Of a stretch of DNA of 64,000 nucleotides, positions 38,187 to 47,990 are shown piece by piece. A program made the position numbers and the translations under genes. The notes under the pieces are model-generated. The model was not told where the DNA came from, made no database searches, and was given only the letters and a program-made list of their open reading frames with translations. Each line of letters starts with the position of its first letter. Within the stretch, counting starts at the first letter, position 1. Source of the stretch: an uncultured bacterium (GTDB lineage Bacteria > Bacillota > Clostridia > Oscillospirales > Oscillospiraceae); assembly GCA_947073515.1 (NCBI GenBank), contig CAMTMC010000001.1:37801-101800 (forward strand). Direction: 5' to 3'.

Positions 38187-39145
38187 TCAACACGGTATCC
38201 TTCCCCGGCCTTGGGCTGGAGTTTACCCTGAACCGGGTGGCCTTTACCATCCCGGTTCTGGACCGGCCCGTCTACTGGTACGCCATTATCATCGTGTCCG
38301 GCCTGATCCTGGCGGTGGCGCTGTGCTCCCGCTGGGGCAAACGGTACGGCATCAGCGAGGACAATATCATCGACATGATGCTGTTCGCCGTCCCCGCCGC
38401 CCTGGTGGCCGTCCGGGCCTACTATGTGATTTTCAACCTGGACTACTTCAAAAACACCGACGGCTCCATCAACTGGCCGCTGGTGTTCAACTACGGGGAC
38501 GGGGGGCTGGCCATCTATGGGGCCATCATCTCCTCGGCCATCGTGCTGCTGATTTTCTGCCATGTGAGGAAGATCAGCTTCCTGGCCTTCGCCGACCTGG
38601 GGGTACAGGGGCTGTTCATCGGCCAGATGATCGGCCGGTGGGGCAACTTTATGAATGTGGAGGCCTACGGCTCCGCCACCGCCCTGCGCTGGCGGATGTG
38701 CGGGCCCTCCATCGCGGCGGAGATGCTGCAAAACGGCTATGTGGACCAGGCGGGTTATGAGGCCATCCTCAGCGGAACGCTGGGGGTACACCCCACCTTC
38801 TTCTACGAGTCGGCCTGGAACTTCGCAGGGCTGATCTTCACCTATTTTATGGGCAGGAAACGGAAATTTGACGGCCAGTGCTTCCTGTTCTACTTCTTCT
38901 GGTACGGGCTGGGCCGGGCCTGGATCGAGGGGCTGCGGACGGACAGCCTGTACCTCTTCGGTTGGGAGCTGTTTGGGGCGCCCATCCGGGTGTCTCAGCT
39001 GTTGTCGGCGGTGGTGTGCGTCATCGCCGGGGCGGTGCTGGCCTGGGCCATGTGGCGGACCCGGAACGGCGGAAGAGCGTTATTTGTGGACCGGGCCAAG
39101 GCCCGGGCGGCGGAGGGCGAGCCCTCAGAGAGGGAGGGGAAGTGA
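38183..39145 (+). CDS. lgt: Prolipoprotein diacylglyceryl transferase
   Basis: GGLAIYG, GQMIGRWGNFMNVEAYG, HPTFFYES, IEGLRTD. Confidence 0.95.
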   Translation: MINTVSFPGLGLEFTLNRVAFTIPVLDRPVYWYAIIIVSGLILAVALCSRWGKRYGISEDNIIDMMLFAVPAALVAVRAYYVIFNLDYFKNTDGSINWPLVFNYGDGGLAIYGAIISSAIVLLIFCHVRKISFLAFADLGVQGLFIGQMIGRWGNFMNVEAYGSATALRWRMCGPSIAAEMLQNGYVDQAGYEAILSGTLGVHPTFFYESAWNFAGLIFTYFMGRKRKFDGQCFLFYFFWYGLGRAWIEGLRTDSLYLFGWELFGAPIRVSQLLSAVVCVIAGAVLAWAMWRTRNGGRALFVDRAKARAAEGEPSEREGK

Positions 39146-39147
39146 CC

Positions 39148-39993
39148 GTGCCGGCGACGCTGATGGATGGAAAGGCCCTGGCGGCCAAAATCAAGGAGCG
39201 GGTCCGCCGGGAGGTGGAGAACATGGCCCGGAAGCCCGGCCTGGCCATGGTGCTGGTGGGGGAGGATCCCGCCGCCCAGGTCTATGAGGCGGGCAAGCGC
39301 AGGGACTGCCAGCAGTGCGGCATCTACTACGATACCGTACGCCTGCCTGGCGATGTGGGCCAGGAGGAGCTGACGGCGGCGGTGGAGGAGCTGAACCGGC
39401 GGGAGGACATCGACGGGATCCTGATCCAGTTCCCCCTGCCGGAGCACCTGGACGGCCGGGTGGTCCAGCTGGCCATCCGGCCGGACAAGGATGTGGACTG
39501 TGTCCACCCTTCCAACGTGGGGGATCTGATTTTGGGGGTGGACTCCTTCCAGCCCTGCACCCCGGCGGGGGTGATGCGCCTGCTGGAGGAGTACGGCGTC
39601 AGCCCGGCGGGGAAGCGGTGCACCATGGTGGGCCGGTCCAACATTGTGGGAAAACCCCAGGCGGTGCTGATGATGCTGGCGGACAGCACCGTCACCGTCT
39701 GCCACACCAAGACCCCCGACCTGGCCAGGGAGTGCCGGGGGGCGGATGTCCTGATTACCGCCGCCGGCTGTACCGGCCTCATCACCGGGGATATGGTGAA
39801 GGAGGGGGCGGTGGTCGTTGACATCGCCATCAACCGGGACAGCGGGGGCAGGCTGTGCGGCGACGTGGTGTTTGACCAGGCGGTAGAAAAGGCCAAGTAC
39901 ATCACCCCCGTGCCCGGGGGCGTGGGGCCGGTGACCCGGGCGGTGCTCATGGAGAACACCTGGAAGGCCGCCGCGCGCCACGGCAAGAAATAG
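39148..39993 (+). CDS. folD: Methylene-THF dehydrogenase/cyclohydrolase
   Basis: GILIQFPLP, PCTPAG, GRSNIVGKP, TPVPGGVGP. GTG start after GGAGG. Confidence 0.93.
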   Translation: MPATLMDGKALAAKIKERVRREVENMARKPGLAMVLVGEDPAAQVYEAGKRRDCQQCGIYYDTVRLPGDVGQEELTAAVEELNRREDIDGILIQFPLPEHLDGRVVQLAIRPDKDVDCVHPSNVGDLILGVDSFQPCTPAGVMRLLEEYGVSPAGKRCTMVGRSNIVGKPQAVLMMLADSTVTVCHTKTPDLARECRGADVLITAAGCTGLITGDMVKEGAVVVDIAINRDSGGRLCGDVVFDQAVEKAKYITPVPGGVGPVTRAVLMENTWKAAARHGKK

Positions 39994-40000
39994 GAATGGA

Positions 40001-40030
40001 AAGGGGCGGGACCGGCAGGTCCCGCCCCTT
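40001..40030 (+). terminator. Intrinsic terminator
   Basis: AAGGGGCGGGACC-GGCA-GGTCCCGCCCCTT followed by T. Confidence 0.85.
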
Positions 40031-40084
40031 TCCCTGTGCTGGGAGGATCTGTATTGGAAAAATTGACAGGAAAAGAGATTTAAC

Positions 40085-40112
40085 TTGCAATTTCTTTGGA
40101 GTAGTGTATAAT
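40085..40112 (+). promoter_or_regulatory. SigA promoter of the hydrogenase operon
   Basis: TTGCAA-N16-TATAAT with TG just upstream of the -10. Confidence 0.65.
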
Positions 40113-40172
40113 GATCTCAATATCCGTCCAGGCGGAAATGAAAATCTATTTGTGTTGGGAGGAGAGGGAATT

Positions 40173-42008
40173 TTGAGCCGATTATCCATTGAAAATCCAG
40201 GCCAGGCCCAGCAGGTGCTCAGCGGCCTGTATGTGGACATGGAGCGGAGGATCAGCGCCAGCCAGCCAGGGCTGTGCCCGGTGGACATGTCGCTGAACTT
40301 TTTGCGGCTATGCCATGCCCAGACTTGCGGGAAATGCGTCCCCTGCCGGGTGGGGCTGAGCCAGCTGGCTGTGCTGATCGAGAGTGTGCTGGACCGCACC
40401 GCCGGCCTGGAGACCATCGACCTGATTGAGCGCACCGCCCAGACCATCGCCGACTCCGCCGACTGCGCCATCGGCTATGAGGCGGCCCACATGGTGCTGA
40501 AAGGGGTGCGGGGCTTCCGGGAGGACTATGAGGAGCACATCAAGACCGGCCGGTGCATCTGCGGGCTGAGCCACCCGGTGCCCTGCGTGTCCGCCTGCCC
40601 CGCCCATGTGGACGTGCCCGGCTATGTGGCCCTGATCCACGACGGGCGGTATGACGACGCGGCACGGCTGATCCGTAAGGACAACCCGTTCCCCTCCGCA
40701 TGCGCCTATGTGTGCGAGCACCCCTGCGAGGGCCAGTGCCGCCGGCGGATGGTGGACGACGCCGTCAACATCTGCGGGTTGAAGCGGTACGCCGTGGACC
40801 ACGCCGGGGAGATTGAGGTCCCCCAGAAGGCGGAGAGCACCGGCAGGCGGGTGGCCGTCATTGGCGGCGGCCCCGGCGGCCTGACCGCCGCCTACTACCT
40901 GACCCTGATGGGCCACCAGGTCACCGTGTACGAGCAGCGCCCCAAGCTGGGCGGCATGCTGCGGTACGGCATCCCTGACTACCGCCTGCCCCAGGATGTG
41001 CTGGACCGGGACATTGGGCACATCCTCTCCGCCGGCGTGGAGGCGAGGCTGGGGATCTCCGTGGGACAGGACGTCTCTATGGAGGAGCTGCAGCGGGGAT
41101 ATGACGCGGTGTACATCGCCATCGGCGCCCACACCGACAAGAAGCTGGGCCTGGAGGGGGAGGACGCCCGGAACGTCATCAGCGCCGTGGAGTTCCTCCG
41201 GGGCATCGGCGAGGGCAGAGTGCCCGACTTCACCGGCAAACGGGTGTGTATCATCGGCGGCGGCAACGTGTCTATGGACGCCACCCGCACCGCCCTGCGC
41301 CTGGGGGCGGAGGAGGTCACCTGCGTCTACCGCCGCCGGGTGGAGGATATGACCGCCCTGGCCGAGGAGATCGAGGAGGCCATGGCCGAGGGCTGCCAGA
41401 TCCTGCCCCTCCAAGCCCCGGCCCGGATCGAGGCGGACGGGGAGGGCAAGGTGGCCGCCCTGTGGACCCGGCCCCAGCTCATTGGGCGCTACGGCCGGGA
41501 CGGCCGGCCCAAGCCCGGCGACGCCCAGGAGCGGGAGTTCCGAATCCCCTGCGACTACGTGATTGTGGCCATCGGCCAGGCCATTGAGGCGAAACCCTTT
41601 GAGGCGGTGGGCGTCACCACCGACCGGGGGGCCATCCAGGCCGACCTGACCAGCTCTGTGCCCGGGCTGAACAATGTGTTCGCCGGGGGGGACGCCGTGT
41701 CCGGCCCCGCCACCGTCATCCGGGCCGTGGCCGCCGGCAAGGTGGCCGCCGACAACATCGACGCCTATCTGGGCTTTGACCATAAAATCAGCTGCGACGT
41801 GGAGATCCCCCCCGCCCACATGACCAACACCCCGCCCTGCGGCCGGGTGAACCTGAAAAACCGGCATCTGTCCAGCTATAGCGGGGACTTCTCCCTGCTG
41901 AAGGAGGGGATGACCGCCGAGGAGGCCTGTCAGGAGTCCAGCCGCTGCCTGCGCTGTGACCACTTCGGTTACGGAAGCTTTAAGGGAGGGAGGAAAAAGG
42001 AATGGTAA
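40173..42008 (+). CDS. GltD-like NAD(P)/FAD oxidoreductase with N-terminal NuoF-type 4Fe-4S motif (hydrogenase partner subunit)
   Basis: TTG start. CGKCVPCRVG, PCVSACPAH, ACAYVCEHPCE, IGGGPGG, GGMLRYGIP, IGGGNVSMD, GGDAVSGP. Confidence 0.88.
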   Translation: MSRLSIENPGQAQQVLSGLYVDMERRISASQPGLCPVDMSLNFLRLCHAQTCGKCVPCRVGLSQLAVLIESVLDRTAGLETIDLIERTAQTIADSADCAIGYEAAHMVLKGVRGFREDYEEHIKTGRCICGLSHPVPCVSACPAHVDVPGYVALIHDGRYDDAARLIRKDNPFPSACAYVCEHPCEGQCRRRMVDDAVNICGLKRYAVDHAGEIEVPQKAESTGRRVAVIGGGPGGLTAAYYLTLMGHQVTVYEQRPKLGGMLRYGIPDYRLPQDVLDRDIGHILSAGVEARLGISVGQDVSMEELQRGYDAVYIAIGAHTDKKLGLEGEDARNVISAVEFLRGIGEGRVPDFTGKRVCIIGGGNVSMDATRTALRLGAEEVTCVYRRRVEDMTALAEEIEEAMAEGCQILPLQAPARIEADGEGKVAALWTRPQLIGRYGRDGRPKPGDAQEREFRIPCDYVIVAIGQAIEAKPFEAVGVTTDRGAIQADLTSSVPGLNNVFAGGDAVSGPATVIRAVAAGKVAADNIDAYLGFDHKISCDVEIPPAHMTNTPPCGRVNLKNRHLSSYSGDFSLLKEGMTAEEACQESSRCLRCDHFGYGSFKGGRKKEW

Positions 42009-43780
42009 CGCTGACCATCAACGGACAGGTCATCCAGGTGCCCGAGGGGACTACCATCCTGGAGGCCGCCCGACAGGGGGAGATCCACATCCCCCACCTG
42101 TGCTACTTAAAAGGGTTGAACGAGATCGCCGCCTGCCGCGTCTGCTGTGTGGAGGTGGAAGGGGAGCGGGCCATGGTTACCGCCTGCAACACCCCGGTGC
42201 TGGAGGGCATGGTGGTTCACACCAACTCCCCCAGGGCCCGGCGGGTCCGGCGGACCAATGTGGAACTGATCCTGTCCCAGCATGACTGCAAATGCGCCAC
42301 CTGCGTGCGCAGCGGCAACTGCCGCCTCCAGGCGGTGGCCAACGACCTGGGCATCCTGGATCTGCCCTATGAGGCCCAGCTGCCCCAGGGGCTGCGCAGC
42401 AAATGGACCACCACCTTCCCCCTGTACCACGACTACAACAAGTGCATCAAGTGCATGCGGTGCGTCCAGGTGTGTGAGAAGGTCCAGTCTTTAGGGGTCT
42501 GGGAGCTGACAGGCACCGGCGGCCGGGCCATCATTGACGTGTCCAACAACCGGGTCATCAAGGACGCCGACTGCGCCCTGTGCGGCCAGTGCGTCACCCA
42601 CTGTCCCACCGGCGGTCTGCGGGAGCGGGACGATACCCGCCGGGCCTTCGACGCCCTGGCTGACCCGGACAGGATCACCGTGGTCCAAGTGGCCCCCGCC
42701 GTCCGCGCCGCCTGGGGCGAGTACTTCGGCATGGAGCGGGAGGAGGCCACCATGGAGCGCATGGCCGCCGCCCTGCGCCGGCTGGGCTTCAACTACGTGT
42801 TTGATACCAATTTCACCGCCGATTTGACCATTATGGAGGAGGGCAATGAGTTCCTCCAGCGGCTGAAGGCCGGGGATCTGGCCAAGTACCCCATGTTCAC
42901 CAGCTGCTGCCCCGGCTGGGTGCGCTTCCTGAAGAGCCAGTATCCGGAGCTGGTGGGCCAGCTGTCCACCGCCAAGTCCCCCCAGCAGATGTTCGGCAGC
43001 GTGACCAAGTCCTGGTTCGCCCAGAAGCTGGGGGTGGCTCCGGAGAAGATCTTCTGCGTGTCCATCATGCCCTGCGTGGCCAAAAAGGCGGAGAGCGAGC
43101 TGCCCACCATGGCCACGGAGGCCGGGCCCGACGTGGATCTGGTGCTCACCACCCGGGAGCTGGTGCGAATGCTCCGGTCTGACAAGCTCAAGCCCGCCGA
43201 GCTGCCTGAGGAGCCTTTGGACGACCCCATGGGGATTCACACCGGCGCCGGGGTCATCTTCGGCGCCACCGGCGGCGTGATGGAGGCCGCCCTGCGCACC
43301 GCCGCCTTTGTGCTTACCGGGGAGAACCCGGACCCGGACGCATTCTCGGCGGTCCGTACCGGCCCCGGGTTGCGGGAGGCCACCTATGAGGTGGCGGGCG
43401 TCCCGGTGCGGTGCGCCGTGGTCAGCGGCCTGGGCAACGCCCGGGAGCTGATCGAGCGGATTTTAGCGGGGAAGGCCCAGTACGACTTTGTGGAGGTCAT
43501 GGCCTGTCCCGGCGGCTGTGTGGGCGGCGGAGGCCAGCCCCAGTCCCTGGAGGACGAGGAGCTGTACGGCGTCCGGGGTGAGCGGCTGTATCAGCTGGAC
43601 CAGGCGGCCAAGCTGCGGTTCTCCCATGAGAATCCAGCTGTCCAGGCCCTGTACAGCGAGTTTATGGGTTCGCCCCTGGGCCACAAGTCGGAGGAGCTGC
43701 TCCACACCGACCACTTCGCCTGGTCGATGCCCAACGAGAGCCCGGATCAGGCGGAAACAGGCGTGTACGCCTGCCGCTGA
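42002..43780 (+). CDS. hydA: Group A [FeFe]-hydrogenase catalytic subunit
   Basis: H-cluster motifs TSCCPGW, MPCVAKKAE and EVMACPGGCVGGGGQP; N-terminal 2Fe-2S, His-ligated 4Fe-4S and 2x4Fe-4S motifs. Confidence 0.95.
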   Translation: MVTLTINGQVIQVPEGTTILEAARQGEIHIPHLCYLKGLNEIAACRVCCVEVEGERAMVTACNTPVLEGMVVHTNSPRARRVRRTNVELILSQHDCKCATCVRSGNCRLQAVANDLGILDLPYEAQLPQGLRSKWTTTFPLYHDYNKCIKCMRCVQVCEKVQSLGVWELTGTGGRAIIDVSNNRVIKDADCALCGQCVTHCPTGGLRERDDTRRAFDALADPDRITVVQVAPAVRAAWGEYFGMEREEATMERMAAALRRLGFNYVFDTNFTADLTIMEEGNEFLQRLKAGDLAKYPMFTSCCPGWVRFLKSQYPELVGQLSTAKSPQQMFGSVTKSWFAQKLGVAPEKIFCVSIMPCVAKKAESELPTMATEAGPDVDLVLTTRELVRMLRSDKLKPAELPEEPLDDPMGIHTGAGVIFGATGGVMEAALRTAAFVLTGENPDPDAFSAVRTGPGLREATYEVAGVPVRCAVVSGLGNARELIERILAGKAQYDFVEVMACPGGCVGGGGQPQSLEDEELYGVRGERLYQLDQAAKLRFSHENPAVQALYSEFMGSPLGHKSEELLHTDHFAWSMPNESPDQAETGVYACR

Positions 43781-43800
43781 GGGTGAAGATATCATAAAAT

Positions 43801-43829
43801 CAACCCCTCCGGCTTAGCCGGAGGGGTTG
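43801..43829. terminator. Bidirectional terminator
   Basis: CAACCCCTCCGGC-TTA-GCCGGAGGGGTTG. Confidence 0.8.
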
Positions 43830-43840
43830 ACGATTTCATT

Positions 43841-45358
43841 TTACCGCCGCAGGTACTCCGGCGGGCGGTACTGGAGGGCCTCCGCCAGGTGGGAGGGCTG
43901 GATATCCCCGCCGCCGTCCAGGTCGGCGATGGTCCGGGCCACCCGCAGGATGCGGTCATAGCTCCGGGCGGTGAGGCCCAGGCGGTCGAAGGCGCCCCGC
44001 ATCAGCTTCTGGCAGGATTCATCCAGGGCGCAGAAGCGCTCCAGGGCCTGGCGGCCCAGCTGGGCGTTGCAGGGGGCGGAGCTCTCCCGCTGGCGGGCGG
44101 TCTGGAGGGCCCGGGCGCTGTCCACCCGGGTTTTCACCTGGGCGGAGGACTCAGCCCGCTGGCCCTGGGACAGCTCGTCGAATTCCAGAGGGCTCACCTG
44201 GACAAACAGGTCCAGACGGTCCAGCAGCGGCCCGGACAGGCGGGAGAGGTACTTCTTGACCTCGCTCTCGGTACACCGGCACCGGCCTGAGGGGTGGCCG
44301 TGCCAGCCGCACTTGCAGGGGTTCATGGCGCACACCAGCATAAACCGGGCCGGGTAGGTGACGGTGCCGGAGGCCCGGGAGAGGGTGACGGAGCCGTCCT
44401 CCAGGGGCTGGCGGAGGACCTCCAATACATCCTTGTGGAACTCGGGCAGCTCATCCAGGAAGAGCACCCCGTTGTGGGCCAGGGAGATCTCCCCGGGCCG
44501 GGGGTTGGAGCCGCCGCCGGACATGCCGCTGGCGGAGACGGTGTGGTGGGGGGAGCGGAAAGGGCGCAGGCTGACCAGGGGCCGGCTGGCGGTGGTGAGG
44601 CCCATGACCGAGTGGATCTCAGTGGACTCCAGGGCCTCCTGCCGGGTCATGTCCGGGAGGATACCGGGCAGACGGCGGGCCAGCATGGACTTGCCCGTCC
44701 CCGGCGGGCCGGACAGCAGGACGCTGTGTCCCCCGGCGGCGGCGATCTCCAGGGCCCGCTTGGCCTGGTCCTGGCCCTTGACCTCGGAGAAGTCGGGGCA
44801 CCGGACGGACTCCGCCCCCGGCGACCACAGGGGGGCGGGGGAGATGGGCTCCTCCCCGGTGAGGTGGCGGGCCAGCTGGGCCACGTCCCGGACGGGGTAG
44901 ACCCGGGGGCCGTCGGCCAGGGTGGCCTCGGCGGCGCTGCCCTCCGGGACGTAGAGGGATTCGATCCCCGCCCGTTTGGCGGCCAGGGCCATGGGGAGCA
45001 TCCCGGCGCAGGGCCTCAGCTGGCCGGACAGGGATAACTCCCCCAGAAAGGCGCAGTTTTCCCGGGGGAGCTTCAGCTGGCCGCCGGCGGCCAGAATCCC
45101 CACCAGGATGGGCAGGTCGTACAGGGTGCCCACCTTCTTCAGGTGGGCGGGGGCCAGATTGACGGTGATCCGGCTGACCGGGAAGGTGAAGCCGCAGTTT
45201 TTAATGGCGGAGCGCACCCGCTCCCGGGCCTCGTTCACCGCCGTATCGGGGAGGCCCACCACCGTAAAGGCGGGCAGGCCGCCGGACAGGTCGCACTCGG
45301 CGCTGACCAGGTAGCCGGAGACCCCTTGGAGCCCCAGCGAGGGGATGGAACGGACCAT
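43841..45358 (-). CDS. YifB/ComM family Mg-chelatase-like AAA+ ATPase
   Basis: VGLPDTAVNEARERV, GPPGTGKS, SLAHNGVLFLDE, LSGPLLDR. ATG 45358 after AGGAGG. Confidence 0.92.
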   Translation of the reverse strand: MVRSIPSLGLQGVSGYLVSAECDLSGGLPAFTVVGLPDTAVNEARERVRSAIKNCGFTFPVSRITVNLAPAHLKKVGTLYDLPILVGILAAGGQLKLPRENCAFLGELSLSGQLRPCAGMLPMALAAKRAGIESLYVPEGSAAEATLADGPRVYPVRDVAQLARHLTGEEPISPAPLWSPGAESVRCPDFSEVKGQDQAKRALEIAAAGGHSVLLSGPPGTGKSMLARRLPGILPDMTRQEALESTEIHSVMGLTTASRPLVSLRPFRSPHHTVSASGMSGGGSNPRPGEISLAHNGVLFLDELPEFHKDVLEVLRQPLEDGSVTLSRASGTVTYPARFMLVCAMNPCKCGWHGHPSGRCRCTESEVKKYLSRLSGPLLDRLDLFVQVSPLEFDELSQGQRAESSAQVKTRVDSARALQTARQRESSAPCNAQLGRQALERFCALDESCQKLMRGAFDRLGLTARSYDRILRVARTIADLDGGGDIQPSHLAEALQYRPPEYLRR

Positions 45359-45547
45359 GCTGCCACCTCCTGACAAAATTTTCGCTCTGGCCCTATTTTA
45401 CCATTGAACGGGCGGGACGTAAAGGTGAAGGGGCCTTTTTTCACGGAGAAAAAATACCGGCGCCGCTTGCCAAGAGGGGGCGGGAGCGATTATAATAGAC
45501 GGCATCAACAGGGGCGTGTCCCCAGAACGGAAGGAAGGCATAACAGG

Positions 45548-46765
45548 ATGAAATATGATTTTACCACGATTTTGGACCGGGGCGGCCACGACTCGGTGGC
45601 TGTGGACGCGGTGACCGACCGCTCTAACCCCAACGCTCCCACGCCGCCCAAGCCGGGCTTTGACGTGATCCCCATGTGGATCGCTGACATGAGCTTCCCC
45701 CTGTGCCCCGCCGTCCAGAAGGCGGTGGCCGACCGGCTCCAGGTGCCCCACTGCGGCTACTTCGCCCCCCGGAAGGAGTATTTTGACAGCATCATCCGCT
45801 GGCAGACCCAGCGCAACGGCGCCCAGGGCCTGGCCAGGGAGCATATCTCCTATGAGAACGGGGTGCTGGGCGGCCTGATGTCCGCCATGAACGTGCTGTG
45901 CTCCAGGGGGGACAAGGTGCTGGTCCACTCGCCCACCTATATCGGCTTTACCAACACCCTGACCAATGCCGGGCTGCACATCATCCACTCCCCCCTGTAC
46001 AAGGACCAGGACAGCGTGTGGCGGATGGACTTTGAGGACATGGAGAAAAAGATTGTGGAGCACAGCATCCACACCGCCATTTTCTGCTCCCCCCACAACC
46101 CCACCGGCCGGGTGTGGGACCGGTGGGAGGTGGAGAAGTATATGGACATCTGCCAGAAGCACGATGTCTATGTGGTCTCCGATGAGATCTGGTCGGACAT
46201 CCTCCGGCCGGAGCTGAGCCACGTGCCCACCCAGAGCGTGAGCCCCGACGCCCGGGAGCGGACCATCGCCCTGTACGCCCCCTCCAAGACCTTCAGCCTG
46301 GCGGGGCTGGTGGGCGCCTATCACATCGCCTACAACAAGAGGCTCCAGGACCGGATGATCAAGGAGAGCTCCCTGTCCCACTACAACAACATCAACCTGC
46401 TGTCCATGTACGCCCTGATCGGGGCCTACAGCGCCGAGGGGGAGGCCTGGTCCCAGGAGCTGCGCCAGGTCATCGCCCAGAATGTGGATCACGCCTGCGC
46501 CTATATCCAGGACCGGTTCCCCGGGGTGGAGGTCATTAAGCCCCAGGGCACCTATATGCTCTATCTGGATTGTACCAAATGGTGTGAGGAGCGCGGCAAG
46601 ACCATCGACGACGTGAAGCAGGCCGGATGGGACGTGGGGATTGGCTGGCAGGACGGCCGGGCCTTCCACGGGCCCTGCCACCTGCGGGTGAACTTGGCCC
46701 TGCCCCTGTCCCGCCTCCAGGAGGCGCTGGAGCGGATGGACCAGTATGTGTTCAATGGGAAGTAA
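45548..46765 (+). CDS. PLP-dependent MalY/PatB family cystathionine beta-lyase/aminotransferase
   Basis: IPMWIADMSF, CSPHNPTGR, SDEIWSD, APSKTFSLAG. Confidence 0.92.
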   Translation: MKYDFTTILDRGGHDSVAVDAVTDRSNPNAPTPPKPGFDVIPMWIADMSFPLCPAVQKAVADRLQVPHCGYFAPRKEYFDSIIRWQTQRNGAQGLAREHISYENGVLGGLMSAMNVLCSRGDKVLVHSPTYIGFTNTLTNAGLHIIHSPLYKDQDSVWRMDFEDMEKKIVEHSIHTAIFCSPHNPTGRVWDRWEVEKYMDICQKHDVYVVSDEIWSDILRPELSHVPTQSVSPDARERTIALYAPSKTFSLAGLVGAYHIAYNKRLQDRMIKESSLSHYNNINLLSMYALIGAYSAEGEAWSQELRQVIAQNVDHACAYIQDRFPGVEVIKPQGTYMLYLDCTKWCEERGKTIDDVKQAGWDVGIGWQDGRAFHGPCHLRVNLALPLSRLQEALERMDQYVFNGK

Positions 46766-46839
46766 TTTCTTCTGGTTGTCCCGCTGATCGGAGTTTTTCG
46801 CGGATTTATTCCGGAATTGAAGGAAAAATGGTTAACAAG

Positions 46840-46868
46840 AGGCTGGAGCGGCCAAGCCGCTCCAGCCT
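46840..46868 (+). terminator. Terminator-like hairpin
   Basis: AGGCTGGAGCGGC-CAA-GCCGCTCCAGCCT. Confidence 0.75.
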
Positions 46869-46892
46869 TGAATAAAGTTTCCATTTCTTCTA

Positions 46893-46946
46893 TTGACTTC
46901 CTTTTGTTATGCCTATATAATACACGTGGGCCTGTTAGGCCTAACA
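46893..46946 (+). promoter_or_regulatory. SigA promoter plus downstream palindromic operator
   Basis: TTGACT-N17-TATAAT (46893-46921); TGTTAGGCCTAACA (46933-46946). Confidence 0.7.
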
Positions 46947-46965
46947 ATGATAGGAGATGAAGAAT

Positions 46966-47655
46966 GTGAAAAGAACCAGTCGACTGACCGCAATGCTGCT
47001 GGCTGTGGCGATGGTATTCGCCTTGGCCGGCTGCCAGAAGAAAGAGCCCCCTCCGGGCCCGGACGCCATGGCTCAGGTACTCTTTGACAGCATGCTGAAA
47101 AATGACGCCAGTTCCGCTGTGGAGCTGCTGGGCTACCCCTCTGAGGAGGCGGCCCGGAAGGACATGGGGCTGGACGGCGATATCTATGAGGAAGCCGCCG
47201 AGCAGATCGTGTCCCAGCTGGAGCAGATGGGGCTGCAGGTGGGCGAGGATAAGGTCCAGGAGTTTATTGACGCCTTCCTGACCATGTTCTCCAAGATCGA
47301 CATGACCACCACTGTGAAGGAGATGGACAAGAAAGAGGGCACCGCCGTGGTGACCTGCTCCATTACCACCATTGACAGCGCGGCCATGAACGCTACCATG
47401 GAGGAGGCCATGCTGGAGGCCATGAGCGACCCCGACCTGGTGAACAGCGGCGATACCGCCGCCATCGGGGAGAAGATCGTGGAGGTCATGATCGAGGTGG
47501 TCTCCGGCCTGGAGCCCACCAGTGAGACCAAGGACTTCGACGTGAACTTCAAGCTGGGAGTCCTGGAGATCAACGGCAAGGATCGGGAGGCCTGGCTGCC
47601 CACGGATGCCGAGGCCTTTGGAATGGCCATTTCCAACGCCGCCATGGGTGGCTAA
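46966..47655 (+). CDS. Acidic lipoprotein of unknown function (possibly DUF5105-like)
   Basis: GTG start 9 nt after TAGGAG; lipobox LAGC. Confidence 0.75.
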   Translation: MKRTSRLTAMLLAVAMVFALAGCQKKEPPPGPDAMAQVLFDSMLKNDASSAVELLGYPSEEAARKDMGLDGDIYEEAAEQIVSQLEQMGLQVGEDKVQEFIDAFLTMFSKIDMTTTVKEMDKKEGTAVVTCSITTIDSAAMNATMEEAMLEAMSDPDLVNSGDTAAIGEKIVEVMIEVVSGLEPTSETKDFDVNFKLGVLEINGKDREAWLPTDAEAFGMAISNAAMGG

Positions 47656-47679
47656 AGCCTAGCCCCATAAAAATCCATA

Positions 47680-47719
47680 GCCGCCCCGCTGGCCTGTCCG
47701 CCGGCGGGGCGGCATTTTT
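47680..47719 (+). terminator. Intrinsic terminator
   Basis: GCCGCCCCGCTGG/CCGGCGGGGCGGC followed by ATTTTT; same arms as the interrupted hairpin at 19117/19295. Confidence 0.8.
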
Positions 47720-47755
47720 CATGCAAAATTTCCTGCAAAAAATTGCCGGGGAAAG

Positions 47756-47784
47756 TTTACAAACCACCAAAAAAGTGATACACT
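47756..47784 (+). promoter_or_regulatory. SigA promoter of PFOR
   Basis: TTTACA-N17-TACACT. Confidence 0.6.
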
Positions 47785-47990
47785 ATCTCAGCATGAGAAT
47801 CCGGTCCGTGCGCTGGCTGCCGGGGGCGGCGCAGCGATGTCCTGATATAACCGGTGAGTTATAGTTCCTATAACTGTTTTCGCCATGGTCAGATGAGGAC
47901 AGCGCTGTACAATAGAGCAGAGACGCCATCCCCGCGGCGCGGGACCGTTCTCCGCGTCCCAATAAAATCAGGAAGAAAGTAGGGAACTCT

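Noticed and set aside
46790-46830. Possible degenerate MITE core (GGATTTATTCCGGAATTGAAG)
   Set aside because: Similarity is too weak and there are no terminal repeats.
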